Shown here piece after piece: positions 33,440 through 46,200 of a DNA stretch of 54,481 bases. Each line of letters starts with the position of its first letter. Within the stretch, counting starts at the first letter, position 1. The DNA comes from Moniliella sp. 'wahieum' (taxonomy: Eukaryota): contig RSEE01000068.1 of NCBI GenBank assembly GCA_003971905.1, positions 62,001-116,481 on the forward strand, in the 5' to 3' direction. The position numbers and the translations under genes are program-made. Under the pieces are notes generated by a model. The model was given only the letters and a program-made list of their open reading frames with translations. It searched no databases and was not told the origin of the DNA.

Positions 33440-36400
33440 GGGGTCAGCACGGCATGGACGACAGCAGCCCCTGCGTCGTAGCCACCGCTGCCATCTTCCA
33501 CCATGTTCCGAGCCAGGCGTTCCAGAGCGCTTGACGTTCACGCCAAGTCACTGGGGGGGGGAGGCTTGGGCCGATCCGGACCAAGTAGCGATTCGAGTGC
33601 TTTGAGCGCTTTGGCCAGCGCGTAGCACGCGCGTGCCAAGCTGGCCTTATCGCCGGCGCTCACTCTCGCCTCCGGCGCGCGTACGCTCCTGGACAGCGAC
33701 CAGGACGTCACATGGTCCTGCCAAGGCGCTCAGCACCCGCTCCGCTTCCGGATCGGTGCCCTTCTCCCGACCGCGTAGCCGAGGCAGATGGTCCACCGAA
33801 ATGGCCTGGATGGCCATGGCAAACGTGACGATCTGTCCCAAGGAACTGGTCAGCGCCTCACCCGTTGGTCCCGTTGGTCCTGCACTGCGCAGCAGGCCGA
33901 GCAACTCGGACACACTACCAAAAATGGCACGGGTTTGCACCTCAATGTACCGTCGCAACTCGAACGTTTCCGCCTTGGGACGTTGGTGCACGGGCAAGGT
34001 GCCTTGCGACCAGACCGACATGCGGCCCGCCCCGGACGTCGCCGTGCTCGTTCGTGCTCCTGCTGGCTCCGCACTCGTCTCATCCAGCTCGTCGTCCCCG
34101 TCCCGCGGAGCCGGCGGGGTGGTGGCAACCTTGGCTCGAGCGGAGGCGAACGCGCCTCGTCCCGTTTGGGCAGCGATCGGTCCTGCTCGGCCCACGAGGG
34201 CGAGACGGGATTGGAGGTAGTAGCACAGTGGTATCGGGCGAAGGCGGGGCCGAGGGGGATCTTTGTGGGAGTGAGCTTTCGTATTGGCGGGCGGGAGAAG
34301 AAGGCCGTGTCACCGGCCGAGGTGGAAGTGGAAGCGGACGAAGTGGAGGCCAAGGGGTGCTCGGGATCGGGATCGCCATCCAAAGTCAAAGGCGTCCCCA
34401 GCATCTGGCCCAATTGGTCCAACAAGGCTTGCACCGCCCTGTCGAGGTTTCCTTGGGTCGTGGGCGTAGGGTTGTCCCCCCGTTCCCGCACCGAGGAAAT
34501 CAGGTGCTCCAACACGGGCCCCACCGCCGCGCAACGTTCCGCCGTCTGGCCGCGGCACACAGTCGTCACAGCCTTGGCGACTTGTTGAACGGCGAGGAGA
34601 ACCTCGTCAGAGGCACCTACATGGTTGGCCGCTGCAGCTCCTCCACACTTGCCAACAGGTAAGCCACGTCGCTGCTCGTATCGGGCAGGGCGCTTCCGTT
34701 CCGCCCGGGGACGAGGCGAGGCGGATAGTAGCGCGCAAAGCACGATATTTGCGTTGCCACGTCCGAAGTTGTCGTTGGGCCTCGTCGAGTTGCCGTCCTT
34801 GGCGCTCATTTCGCGCAGCAGTTCGTCGTTGGCCAGGCCTAGGGCTTGCATCTCTGCCATCAACGCTGTTACTTTTTCTCGTGCCGCCAGCACGCTCGGG
34901 GGAATCTCCACGGCAGCGGGGGCAAGGCCAACTTGGTCTCCAATGCAGCCTTGTTCGATTCCAACTGGGCGCGCACCTGACTCTCCTCTTTAAGCGCATG
35001 CTGGCATTTTGTCAAGTCAGCATGGGCAACTGAAAGATCCGAACGCAACTCGGTTTCGGTGTGACGAGGGATTCCAGTTGTGTTCGAACGAGGTTCAACT
35101 CTGTCCTCAGATCCTCTTTGCTCCCCGCAGGCTTGTGGCGGAAGGGCCAAGGCAGTGTTCGAAGGCGGACTCGACGCTCGGCGCACTCGGCTCAGAGGAC
35201 GCAGGAGCCATTTGAGCCAGCTCCAATTCCAGGGCAGCCATCGCATCTTCGGGCTGCTGTCGCGTATCTGTAGGCGATACTGCATTCTCGCGAGCCTGCA
35301 TGCCTTGCTTGTCCCACCCCCATGATTTCAATCCGCCAATTCCCCTCAGTGGGGGGGGGGTAGGCCAAGCCGACTTGGCTTCGCCTGGGGGTGAGGGGTC
35401 GAGCGGCGAGGCGTCCGAGTCTGGCGTAGTCTGCGTAAGGGAAGGGCGGGGCGCCGGATGGCTTGGGTCCCAGGTAAGTGAGGTGGGCGTGGTGGATGAA
35501 TCGTCACTTTTCCTGTCGAGGAAACGGGGCGATTGGAAGAAGGCGGGGCGCCCATAGCGCTGGCGGTCGCAGCGCCTGCACTGGCGGATGCGGGCGGGCC
35601 CGGAGCCGAGCGGGAAGCAAGCGGCAACGCGGCGACGGGACGTTCTACCGACGTTTCCCGCGACAAGACGCCGCCCGAGGAGGATTCTCCCCACGAGAAG
35701 CGCCAGGTGCCATGGGACGAGCGGGTAGAGTGCCGCGGCCCGGCAGCTTCGTCATGGGACCCTGGTTGAGGCGAGGAGGAAGTCCCCAACAGCAGCAGGG
35801 GTGGGATCAGGGTAGGGACGAGAGCGATCCGGCCGATCTGGTAGCTCGTGGACAGAGTCGAGGCGTTCCGAGGCAAACTGTCCGAGAAGGTGCTGCTGTT
35901 GTGACCCGAGTGAGCATAGGCCGGGTTGATGGGCGGCAAAGGAGGGACGGTAGTGTCGTCGGACAGCCGCCAAGGCTGGTGGGATGGGGTGAAGGAGGAT
36001 TGGCTGGTGGCCGGTGAGGACAGGCCCAGGGACCGCCAAGAGGTAACCGCGTCGGGTTCGGACGTCTGGGCGAGGATATGTGGGTAAGAGTCAGAATGCG
36101 GTTCAAGCATCTGTTCTTCTAGGCCCGAGCCGTCGTGGCCGTGGGCGTTGCCGCGGGGTCGTGCTCTGCGTCGGATCTGTGTCCGGCTCGGCGGGGGCGT
36201 AGGGCACTTCGATCACAGCATCCTCGACGGTGGCCTTGGAAGGGGGGAAGGATGTGCTGGGTGCTGACGCTAGGGGCGGCCGAGGCAGGCGTAGTTGGGG
36301 AGTAGGGGAGGGAGCGAAGGCGGGCGGGGCCGGGGGTGGGGGTGGGGGCCGAGGGTGGGACGGGGGTGGGCGGGGCAAGATGGGTTGCGGCGCTCAATCT

Positions 36401-37003
36401 CGAGGTAGACGTCGGCGGCAAGGTCCTTGAAGCGGCCGTTGGGCAGAGCAGAGAGTTTGGTGCGCGTGGCGTTGCGTTTGGGATGGTAGGTGGGCACGGG
36501 CGGCAGGGCGGGGGGGGCGGGGGGGGCGGTAGGAGTGGTGCGCGCGCGAGCGAGGGCGTCGCGGCGGAGAAGCTCGTCGTAGACATCGGCTGAGCTCGCC
36601 AAACTGGTTGGGGGAGAGGCGGAGGAGCTTGCCGCGGGCAGCGCGGCGGTCGTTGGGCGGGGCCGAGGGCGGGGGCAGGTGGGAGGGCGGGTAGGGGGCG
36701 AGGGAGGCATGGAGGTTGTGGCGCCTGAGGAAGGCGTCGAGCGCAGCGTGGTGCTCGGCGGCGATGCGCTGGAGACTGCGGGTGCTGCGGCGGCGGGTGC
36801 GCTGGCGGGCGGGCGCCGGGGCGGCGCCGGGCCGGGGCCGGGCGGGGGCGCGGGAGGGTCGGCGGAGGGCGAGTGGGTGCGGCGGAGGGCAGAGAAGCTG
36901 AGGCCGCTGCTGACGCTGGCGCGCATCTCGCGGAGCGTGCGGTGGGTGTGGAGGGGCGAGGCGGGTCCGGGCCAAAGCCAGCCCCAGCGGGAGCGGCGTT
37001 CAT
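33440..37003 (-). CDS. SPA2: Polarisome scaffold Spa2-like protein (two GIT/SHD repeats, coiled coil, C-terminal helical bundle); ends approximate
   Basis: 'AARGKLLRLSPNQFGELSADVYDELLRR' and 'YHPKRNATRTKLSALPNGRFKDLAADVYLEIERR' (SHD-I repeats). C-terminal 'ELRRYIEVQTRAIFGSVSELLGLLRS...LGQIVTF...AYALAKALKAL'. Confidence 0.85.
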
Positions 37004-37595
37004 GGGCGGGGGGCGGCGGCGATGGAGGGGAGGGCACTGCGGGTGGCGAGCGTGCCCTTGGAGATGGGCGCGGCGGCTGTGGGGCGGCGGCTGGCGGTGC
37101 CGCCTGCTGGCTGCATGCATCACACTCGCCGTGGCGCCGGCAAGGGGCCGCTGCTTACCTCAGCACGCGCCGGGGGGTGCGCTGAACGTTTCACATCACC
37201 GCTGGGAATGGGGGTGCCCCACATTGTACGTAGCTGGGCCCACACCAGGTATATTTAGCCCCGCTCATCCGTCGGCGCTCGGCGGCCACCGTTGGTTGCA
37301 CGCACACGCGGCGCCGGGGCAAGTGGGCATAACCGTTAACGCCATGCGCAACGCCGCCTCCCACACCCGTCCACCGGGTGTAGAGCCACATCCGCATGCA
37401 GTGCAGTCAAACCAACCAAGAGTGTGTGTAGATATGTCGGCGCCTCTTCGGCTGGGTTATAGAGACGCCCCCCGCTTGGCCAGGGGCAGTCATAACCCCC
37501 CCTGGGTGTGGTGCTGGCTAGCCTCCAGATGGGGCGGGCAGGATCCCTACCCTCGCACCTGCCCCCCCTCCTTTTCCCCCCACTGTCCCACGCGC

Positions 37596-40096
37596 ATGTC
37601 GACGCCTTCCCCCCTCCCCCAACCCGTGGCCGAGGCGTGCGCCCCCCCCGCCGCGAGCCTGCCAGTGGTCCAGGCCGCGCTGCAGCAAGCCGAGGCGGAC
37701 CGCGAGGTGGCGCTGGCCGAGCGGCGGAAGCGTGTGGGAGCGGGACGTGGCGTGTGCAGAGCGGGACAGTGCGCAGCAGGCGCTCGCGCTCGCCGAAACG
37801 CGCGGGCACCAAGCCGCTCACGAAGCGCAGACGCAGTTGGAACGGATGCAGAAGGCGTATGACCAAGCCAAAGTCGAAGCGCACGATGCGTTGGGGACGC
37901 GCGATCTTGCACGAGCCGAGCGCGATGGGCGCGGAGCCGGAGAGACGAGGCGGTGGCAGCGCAGCACGCGTTGCAGGACGAATTGCAGAGCGCGCAACGG
38001 AGCGCGACGAGGCGCTCCAGTGGGCCGAGCGCGCCCGCCAAGACCAAGAGGCGCACAAGCACGTCGAAGCACAGCGCCAACGTGAGCTAGACCAGCTTCA
38101 GCAGTCGCTCCGCCAAGCACGGCAACGACGTGGCCCAGCGGAATGAGGAGCTGGAACGGGTGCGCGCCCAGCACGCCAGTCTCGAAGCAGCTCAGCTCCG
38201 GACGGTCCAGCGTTTTCCCAGGCCCAGGCCCAGATCACTGCCCTGGAGCAAACCCTGGCTGAAACGACGAGCCAAAGGGAGCAAGCGGACCAAACGTGGT
38301 CCAGCACGGTCCAGGAGGGGGAAGCGGCGGTACGTCAAGCGCAACAAGAGCGGGACGAAGCGATGGCCACCGTCGCGCGTCAACGCAAGCAGATGGAGCA
38401 AGTGCAACGTGCACTTACCCAGGCCAGGCCACTCACGAGCGGACCGGGCCACGTGGGACACCAACTCGCGCACGAAAAGCAGGACAGGGAGCGGTTGCAG
38501 CACCAGCTCACCCAACGGCACAAGGGTACTGTGTTGCGCCAGGAGCGGGAAGAGGTGGAGACCGAGTTGGTTGCCGCGCGCACGGAGCGGGATGAGGCGG
38601 TGCAGAAACGCACGAAGTGCAAGCCACCGCAGAGCGAACGTTGAAGAAGACGCAGGAGCAAGGCGAGCAGTGGCATGCCCAGCTGGCCAAGGTGGAGAAG
38701 GCATGGGAGGAAGCGGTGCGCCTGGGCCATCACGCCAAGGACGAGCGCGATGATGCGCAGAACCAGCTCCATACCACGCAACGAGAACTATCAGTGCCAA
38801 GCCAGGCTGACCACCGCCGAGGAGGCGAGCAAGAAGCTTCGCGAGGAGAAGGAAGTGCAGGAGAAGCAATGGAAACGTTCGCTTGCCATCGCGCACGAGG
38901 GTCGGCACAAGTGGGCGGTCAAGTTCCGGCTGAGCGAACAGGGCCGGCAGCAAGGCGAAGAGGAGTTGCTGTCCGCGTTGGACGAACGGGACCAAGCCAA
39001 GGCCAGTGCGCAAGCCGCGGAGCACGCGCGCCGACACGGAGCGCGTGTTGAACAATGTCATGCAAGCCCGGGAGTTGCTAGCGCAGCAACTGGCCAAGGC
39101 TGAAGATGGGACGAAGCGGTGCGCAAGGCACAGGCCACCTATACCGCCCAACTAGCTCTTTCACAGGGCAAGGGACGAAGCAGCTGATGCCAAGAACCAG
39201 GTCAATCAGCTTACCCAGCGCATTACCCATCTCGAGGCCCAGCTGAGCCAGGCTCAGTCCGATCACGCCGTGCTAAAGGGCGAGCGCGATCGCGCCCGAT
39301 GCCTCCACCTGGAAGAGCAGGACGAGTTGGAGGAGGTGCGGGACCGTTGGGAAGCGGCGCAGCTGGCGTTCGAGTTGGATACCAAGGCGGCCTGGGCCCA
39401 GGTCGCATCGGCGGACCAGCATGCGTCTCGTCTCAAGGAACAAATTACCAAACTGCAAGACCAAGTCCGGCGGCTGCGCAACCCCGAATCGTACGTGGAC
39501 GGGCCGGATGATGAGGACGGATACCTATGCAAGTTGATTGTCTCCCGGGCCCAGGCGCTGCAGCGAGCGTACGAGTCGGAGGAACGGGCTCAAGAAGCAC
39601 GTGAACAATTGGTGGATGTGTTGGAACGGGCACGCCAAGCGGAGGAAGACTTGGAACGGGTAAAGAAGAAGGCGGTGGAGGAGCAAGGTCTGCTGCGTCT
39701 CTCTCGTTCCACTGGACATGCCCCTTCCCCTCCGCTGACAGATCCGGTCTGGACCCGTCTGTTGACCACAATGGGCGAGCGAGATGATCTCCGGGCGGCA
39801 GTCAAGACCCTTGTGGCTCAGTTGGATCAGTTGAGGGCGAAACGAGGAAGACAGCAGCAAGGCCACGTAGCTGGACACGACCCAGTTCCCGCAACACCTC
39901 CTTCTGACGGAGTGAAACTAGCAGGCCCCAGGACGAACCAGCAACATGGTCTGTGCTCCTCTCCGAGCTGAACCGGCTGCATCATGAGTTGGACGTGGCG
40001 CAGCGGGGTCAGGCCAAGGTCCAGCGGGAGCGCGAGTGGGTGCGCAACAAGAATGTGGGCGCACCGGCGCCGGCCGACCGGTCTTGTATCTACTAA
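37596..40096 (+). CDS. Long coiled-coil protein of unknown family with recurring ERDxA motifs; frameshifted; end approximate
   Basis: E/Q/A/R/K-rich heptad-like frames across the region: 'AERDSAQQ', 'TERDEALQ', 'TERDEAVQ', 'DERDDAQN', 'DERDQAKA', 'LKEQITKLQDQVRRL'. Confidence 0.6.
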
Positions 40097-40413
40097 GGAC
40101 TCGCTTCTGCCCCCCGGGTCGAGGGCCGCCTCACTTTTCTGTTGTTTAATTGGTCCCAACAATGACTTATCAGCATGGATTCCCGCGAGTTCGAAGCACA
40201 AACGAACCCCACCGCATGGTGCACGCAGGCTATGAGGGAAAATAGCGTTTAGACTAGTGTGGTCCAAAGCAGAAGAGAGGGAGCGAGGTTGCGCAACGGA
40301 GGAAACCATGAACAGCAACGACGCGGGGAGGTTATTAGGGCAGACTCATTACAGCGGCTGCCAGAGGGGCATAAGTCATCGGATCGGATCCCATGCCGTC
40401 AAGTAAAACTCGT

Positions 40414-42679
40414 TTACCACTGACCGGGGTCGGCGGGGCGCAGTTCGCGGTAGAGCGGTACCCAGGCACGGTGCCGGGCCAACTTCTCCATTTCCTCGAG
40501 CGTGTCGGGCAAGTCGTCGGCCCGAGCCAGCCCTTCCTTCTTGGCAGCCAGTGCGACGGCAGCCGAGACCTTCATGCTGACGTTGCGCATATCGGTCAGG
40601 TCGGGCAAGAGGGACGCATCCGGGTCCTTGAGCGCCGGGCTGAGCGAAGCAATCGCATCTACCCCGGCGACAATCATGCTGTCGGTCAAGTGCTTTGCCT
40701 TGGCCAAGATCACGCCGCCGCCCAAGCCAGGGAAGCCAAGGGCATTGTTCGATTCGGCCACCGTGTACATCTTGTTCGAGTTGGGGATGGGCACGGGGGG
40801 GAAGGGGGAGCCGGTAGCGATCAAGGCACGACCATGCGACCATTCGTGATCTCGTCCGGCCGGGCTTCGGAGAGACGGGACGGGTTGGAGAGGCGGTAGG
40901 ATGGCGGGGCGCTCGCAGTGCGCCGACATTTCCCGCACCACAGCCTCGGTGAACGCCCCCCCCTGGCCCGATACGCCAATCAGAACAGTAGGTTTCACTT
41001 GCTTGACCACTTCCAGCAGGGGGAACCCATGCCCCTCTTTGGGCGCGGGCCAGTTGGCCACCTCTTCCTTCTCTCGGGCAAAGGGACTTGCGCTTCGCGC
41101 AGCTCAACCTCGCCCTTGACCAGCAACCCTTCCCGGTCGATGAGCCACAGCCGCTTGGCAGCCTCTTCCTTACTCAGACCCTGGCGGATGGAAATGGCAT
41201 CACGAATTTGGGCTGCAATGCCGAGGCCGGCAGTGCCCGCGCCAAAGATAATGTACCGCTGGTCCTTAAGCGTCGACTTGGTCACCTTGACCGCCGACAA
41301 GACCGCAGCCAGCGTCACAGCCGCTGTGCCCTGGAGAAAACGAAAACAGGTGAGTCTGGGTTCAGGGGATGGGAATGGGAATGGGTAAGGGGACGTGGCC
41401 AGTTCCAACATACCTGCTCGTCATCCCAAAAGACATTGTACTGCGGCCGGTACTTGAGCAGCAGACGGTGGGCATTTTGGGTTCCAAAGTCCTCGTAGTG
41501 AAGCAACGCGTTGGGGAAGCAGGTGCTGGCTACGCTAGTGTAATCGTCCATAAAGGCATCGTACTCGGCACCACGCAGCCGAGGGTTCCGCCAGCCCAAG
41601 TACAACGGGTCGGCGAGCATGCTCGCATTGTTGGTGCCGACATCCAGGCCGATACTAAGCATGCGCTGCGGGTCAAAGCCGCCGCCGACGGCGTAGATGG
41701 TGTTCTTGCCAATGGCAATGTTAATTCCGCCAACACCTAATCGAAACGGTTAGCAGTCGTGTGGGATGGGTGCTACCAACCAAAAGAGCCGAGGAGAGAA
41801 GAAGAGAAGCGGAACACGTACCCTGGTCGCCAATGCCAGAATTCCTTCACTGTCTGTGCACGTCAGCAAATCCACATCGTCCGGTCCCAAGTGGCCGTAG
41901 TGCGTGATGGCGTCCTGGATGTACTTGCGTCCGGCGTCGCGGTCGCCACCAGAAGCGTCAATGGCAGCCTTGTACGCGGGTAGAGATGTAGGTGCCATCG
42001 GGGGGCGGAAGATGCGCGAGTAGTTGGTGATCGCAGACCCGACGACGGGGGTGTAAATGATGCGCAGGGTTTCCTTCAGGTTGCGGAACAGCAGCGCATA
42101 AAATAGAATCGCATTCTGGTCCTTCAATGAGCGCAGAAAGGTGTACTGCATAATGTCACCGTCGTCCTCATTGCCGTACTTGGCGATGCGTTGGCGCAGC
42201 TTGAGCTGGTTGTACGCCCGGTCCACCTGGGTGGACAGGGTGTGGATGCTGTGAGGCAAAAAGGGGCTGAGACCAAGCGACTCACGCTCGGCCCAACTGT
42301 GCGCGGCACCGTAGTTGCTCATCGGGTCTTCCAGCACCTCGCCCCCGCGCTTGTGGACATACAACACCGGCAGCGGCGGCGAGCCAGGCGGGTTGCTTGG
42401 GTGCACTGTGCGCTCGGACGAGGAGCCGGGGGCCCCGGCAAGCGCGTGGGGCGCCGGACGCGCACGACGCGACGGACCGTAGGGCTGCTCTTGTTTGGGC
42501 GCCGCAGCGCCTGCCTTGGTGTGCTTGGCCTCGGTCGCATAGCGACGACGATGGGCCGACGGGTCGGCAGCGGTGGTGGAGAGGGCACGCCGGGCAGCCA
42601 CGAAGACGGGAGGGGGCGCGCGGGCGGTGGTGGCCGCCGCGGCCGCGTGGACGGGGCGTGCGAGACGCGGGAGCAGCAT
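40414..42679 (-). CDS. MAE1: NAD(P)-dependent malic enzyme, mitochondrial precursor; 2 introns
   Basis: Arg/Ala-rich presequence 'MLLPRLARPV', 'IIYTPVVG', 'TDSEGILA', 'LDVGTNN...LADPLYLGWRNPRLRG', 'DDEQ|GTAAV', 'FGAGTAGLGIA', 'KPTVLIGVSG', 'ATGSPF', 'ESNNALGFPGLG'. Confidence 0.95.
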
Positions 42680-43299
42680 GGGGGGAGGAGGAGGAGGTTG
42701 CTGCGCACCGACGGGAGGACGGCAGATGGGAGTCTGGCAAGAGCGGTCGAGCCACTGGAACGGGGCAACCGGTAAGATCGTAAGAGAGCACAGCACGGCA
42801 CACATATCCCACGCCACACTGCCCCCCTGCGGCGGCCCTAGCATCGAGCATCTAAAAGGGGGTCGGTCGGCAGAGTGGCGCAGTGCGGCGGCCGAGACGC
42901 GAGGCAGGAGGCGAGTGCGGCGGCCCGGCGGCTGAGCGAGTTCTTCGCCGCCTCGCCGCCCCAAGTTCGCGCTGAGGTTTGGGCCTTGGAGCCGTGGGAT
43001 GCGTGGGAGCCATGGGAGGCCTTGGGGGCTAGGTTGCCGTCTGAACCTCCGCTACCACCTTCCGTCAGTTTCGTTGGCGCTCATCTTGATGGCCACGACG
43101 CAATGGAATACATTTTGTACACACAGCACAACAGGGGGCAGACACACATCGCAGGCGGCTAGGGCAAGCTAGAGCCCACACATGCACACATCGTGTACGC
43201 AACGGCAGGCAGATCAGGCACAAGAAAAAAAAAACACAGGCAGCAAACAGGGGGGTAGGCAGCGATAGATGTAGAGCAAGAGCAAGGCAGTGGGGAGGA

Positions 43300-46200
43300 T
43301 AAGGTGGGGAGAGCAAGACAGGACCGGCGGCCACCCGAACCAACGTCGACATCACCTTGTCCGCACAGGCCCCAGCCTACCACCGCTCGTCGCGGTGGCC
43401 CGGTGGAGGTCCTGGCGGCGGCGGTGGGCCGCGAACCCGCGCCCGACCCCCAAGGGCGACCAGGACGCGGTGGATAGCCCACCGCGTCTCCGCGTGGGTC
43501 ACGAGGATCGCGCGGGTCGCGTGGATCACGAGGGTCGCGAGGTCACGAGGGTCACGAGGGTCGCGAGGTCGCGTAGGTCGCGTGGGTCGCGCAGGTCACG
43601 CCGCGGCGCATTAGGCACCCAGGGAGGAGGATAATACGGGGGCCGGGGGGCGGGCCGACCGAGTACGGGGCATGCCAGCGTGCGCGGCCGGATGGGGCGG
43701 CAAGTGCGGTGGTCGGTCTCGCTGCAATCGACGGGCCTCGGGAGGGCCAAGCCCATCGGTCGCTCGTCCATCGCGGCCATTGCTCCGGGGCCCCATGTCG
43801 TCCCGTCGGGGACCAGGAGGGAGCATACGGGGGGCGGCGGAGGAGGTGGACCGGGTGGGTTGGTTGGCGCGCCCATCATCGCCGCGTGGGCCCTTGGGAG
43901 GGTCAAAGGTGCCTGGGCCTGGCCGGGGCGCATTGACCGAGGACCACCCAAGGGCACGTCGGTGGTGGCGCCGAGCCAAGTACGGGAGAGATACTGGGCC
44001 GAGCAGTAGGCAAGCCCGCAGACCCGAACGAAGGTGATGGGCTCGGCCCGGGCGGGGGGAATGGGCCAGGGGCGGGGCGGCGCGCACGGAACGTCGGGGC
44101 GGGGGAGAACGGACTGGCATGGCTGGAGAGGCGGCAGAGACAACCCCCCCGCACACTCGGGGAGGGCGCATGTTGCGTTGCAGCCGAGGAGGGGAGCGAC
44201 GGTGAGGGGGGACGACGCATCGTAAAAGAAGGGAGCGAATTAAGCGGAGACTTCTTCTTGGGAGGCGCAGGCGAAATCGCTCCATCTTCCGAGGCGGGCT
44301 CGAAACGCGACCTCGGCACACGACCTGGGGGTGGGAATGGGCACACTGGTTCAGAGCTCAGCGAAGGGGTCGGAGCCGATGCAGCAGCGGAGCCTCTTCG
44401 ACACCCGACATGGGCTCAGGCTCGGGGGCAGGACGAGGAGGCACGTCTCGTTCGGCTGGGTCATCGGCCGCTGCCTGGCGCTTCTGTGCCATACGCTGCC
44501 GGTACGCAGTCAACGACAGCTTGGTCCGTTGGGGTTCTGGATCCGGCACAGGCGCGGGGACAGGACCGGGCAGGACCAGGAGCAGGACCAGACCGGGAGT
44601 AGTAACGGGTGTTGCAGGCCCAGATTCCTGTGGCGATGCCGTGAGAGGAGCCGCAAGAGAGGCACAACCGCGTCGCGTGTGGGGGCCGGGGTGGCAAGCG
44701 TAGGTGGGAGCGGAGGCGGACCTGGAGGAGGAACAGCGGCCACATGCGAAGTCTCTGCCGACCTGAGCTCGTTCTCATCTTCCTCTCTTCAGAAAAGTCA
44801 AGCACACGTCGCTTTTTGGGGACGTGGAGAGAAATCGACTCGCGAGCCGCTTGTGGTTCATTCGCTCTGACGGAATGTCCCCGTCTTCCTGCCCAGGACT
44901 CTTCCCTCCCGGCTTCCCTCCCGAGATGGGCGCCGGTGAGAGAGAAGGAACCTGCTCTGCTTCTTCGCTCTCCTCAGCGTCATTCTGCTGCGCTCCTTCT
45001 GCTGCGCTTGCAACTTGGCCGCCCGAGCCCGCTCTCGCGCCTCACGTTTGCGTTTGCGGTCACGAGCGCGTTCCCGCTCTCTCGCTCCTCAATCTCCTCT
45101 TGAGTCAATTCCTTCTTCCGTCTCCGGACCGGGGGACGAGGGGCCTGAGGTTCCACCTCTTGTTCTTGCTCTTGCTCTCGCTGTGGCTCTTGCTTCCCCT
45201 CGTGCCGAGAAACAAGTTTCTCCCCATCCTCTCCACCCGAGAAGAATGAGACTCCGTGTCGCTTCCAGCCAACTGTTGCAGCATCCGGCGTACCCGCACA
45301 GCTGCAGCCGACTTGCGAGCTGAAACGCGCTCGGCGCCGGGTCACGCCGCCGAGACCGACGCCGATCGTCGCCGGATTCGGACGCGGGCTGCGTCCTCCT
45401 GCCGGAACTGCGACGACGCGAAGCGTCGCTCTCGCCCGAACTGCTCCGGCCTCCTCCTCCTCTTCCTCTCTCCTCCGAGTCGGTGTAAGTGCGGGAACGG
45501 CGGGGCGGGCGCCGTCGGGTGCGACTTTTGGCCTCGCTCTCTTCTTCGCCAAAGTCAAACATGCGAGGCAAGTTCATATCGGTCCGAAGGGCTTTGCGTT
45601 TCCCCCGGGTGCGGGACGAGAAGGTGGAAGCGGCAGCAATGGAGGCCTCGCGGGTAGCAATGTGTTGTTGGTGCATAGCTACTTCCGTCTCGTCAGCTTC
45701 CGAATCCGAAGAAGACAGCGAAGCCTTGATCCGCGTTCCTTGCACCCGCTTCTTGAGCGGTAAGACAGTGACTGTGGGTGCATCGATCACCATAGCTTTC
45801 GCCGGTGGCGTATGTGCCAACTTGGGCAACGAAAGAATCGTCTCGTCCGCCGTAGGATCGGTTGGAACCTCATCGTACTCTGGGTCGCTCATCCCCGATA
45901 GGGGGTCGGTGTCATATGCTTGCTCGGCGTGGGTGAAGGGACACGAGAACGCGAACGAGAAGCCGAACGCGAGGTTGGGCCGAAGGCGGAGCCTAGTGTC
46001 TCGGGATCAATTGGGCCCGATGAAGGGACAGGGAAAGAACTGCGGCCCCTGCTGGCACGTCCCTTGCTAGCAACCAGCCGCGACGCTGGTCGAGCAACGG
46101 TCGAAAATCAGGGGGTTTCGGCCGACGCTTTCGATCGTTTCCTGTCGGCAGGTCAGGTGCAGCTGCCAAAGGGTCCACGATTGTTTGCGACAGAACAGAC

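Noticed and set aside
36290..36900. Dense G-runs as G-quadruplex elements
   Set aside because: Explained by Pro codons (CCN) of the Spa2 N-terminus on the minus strand.
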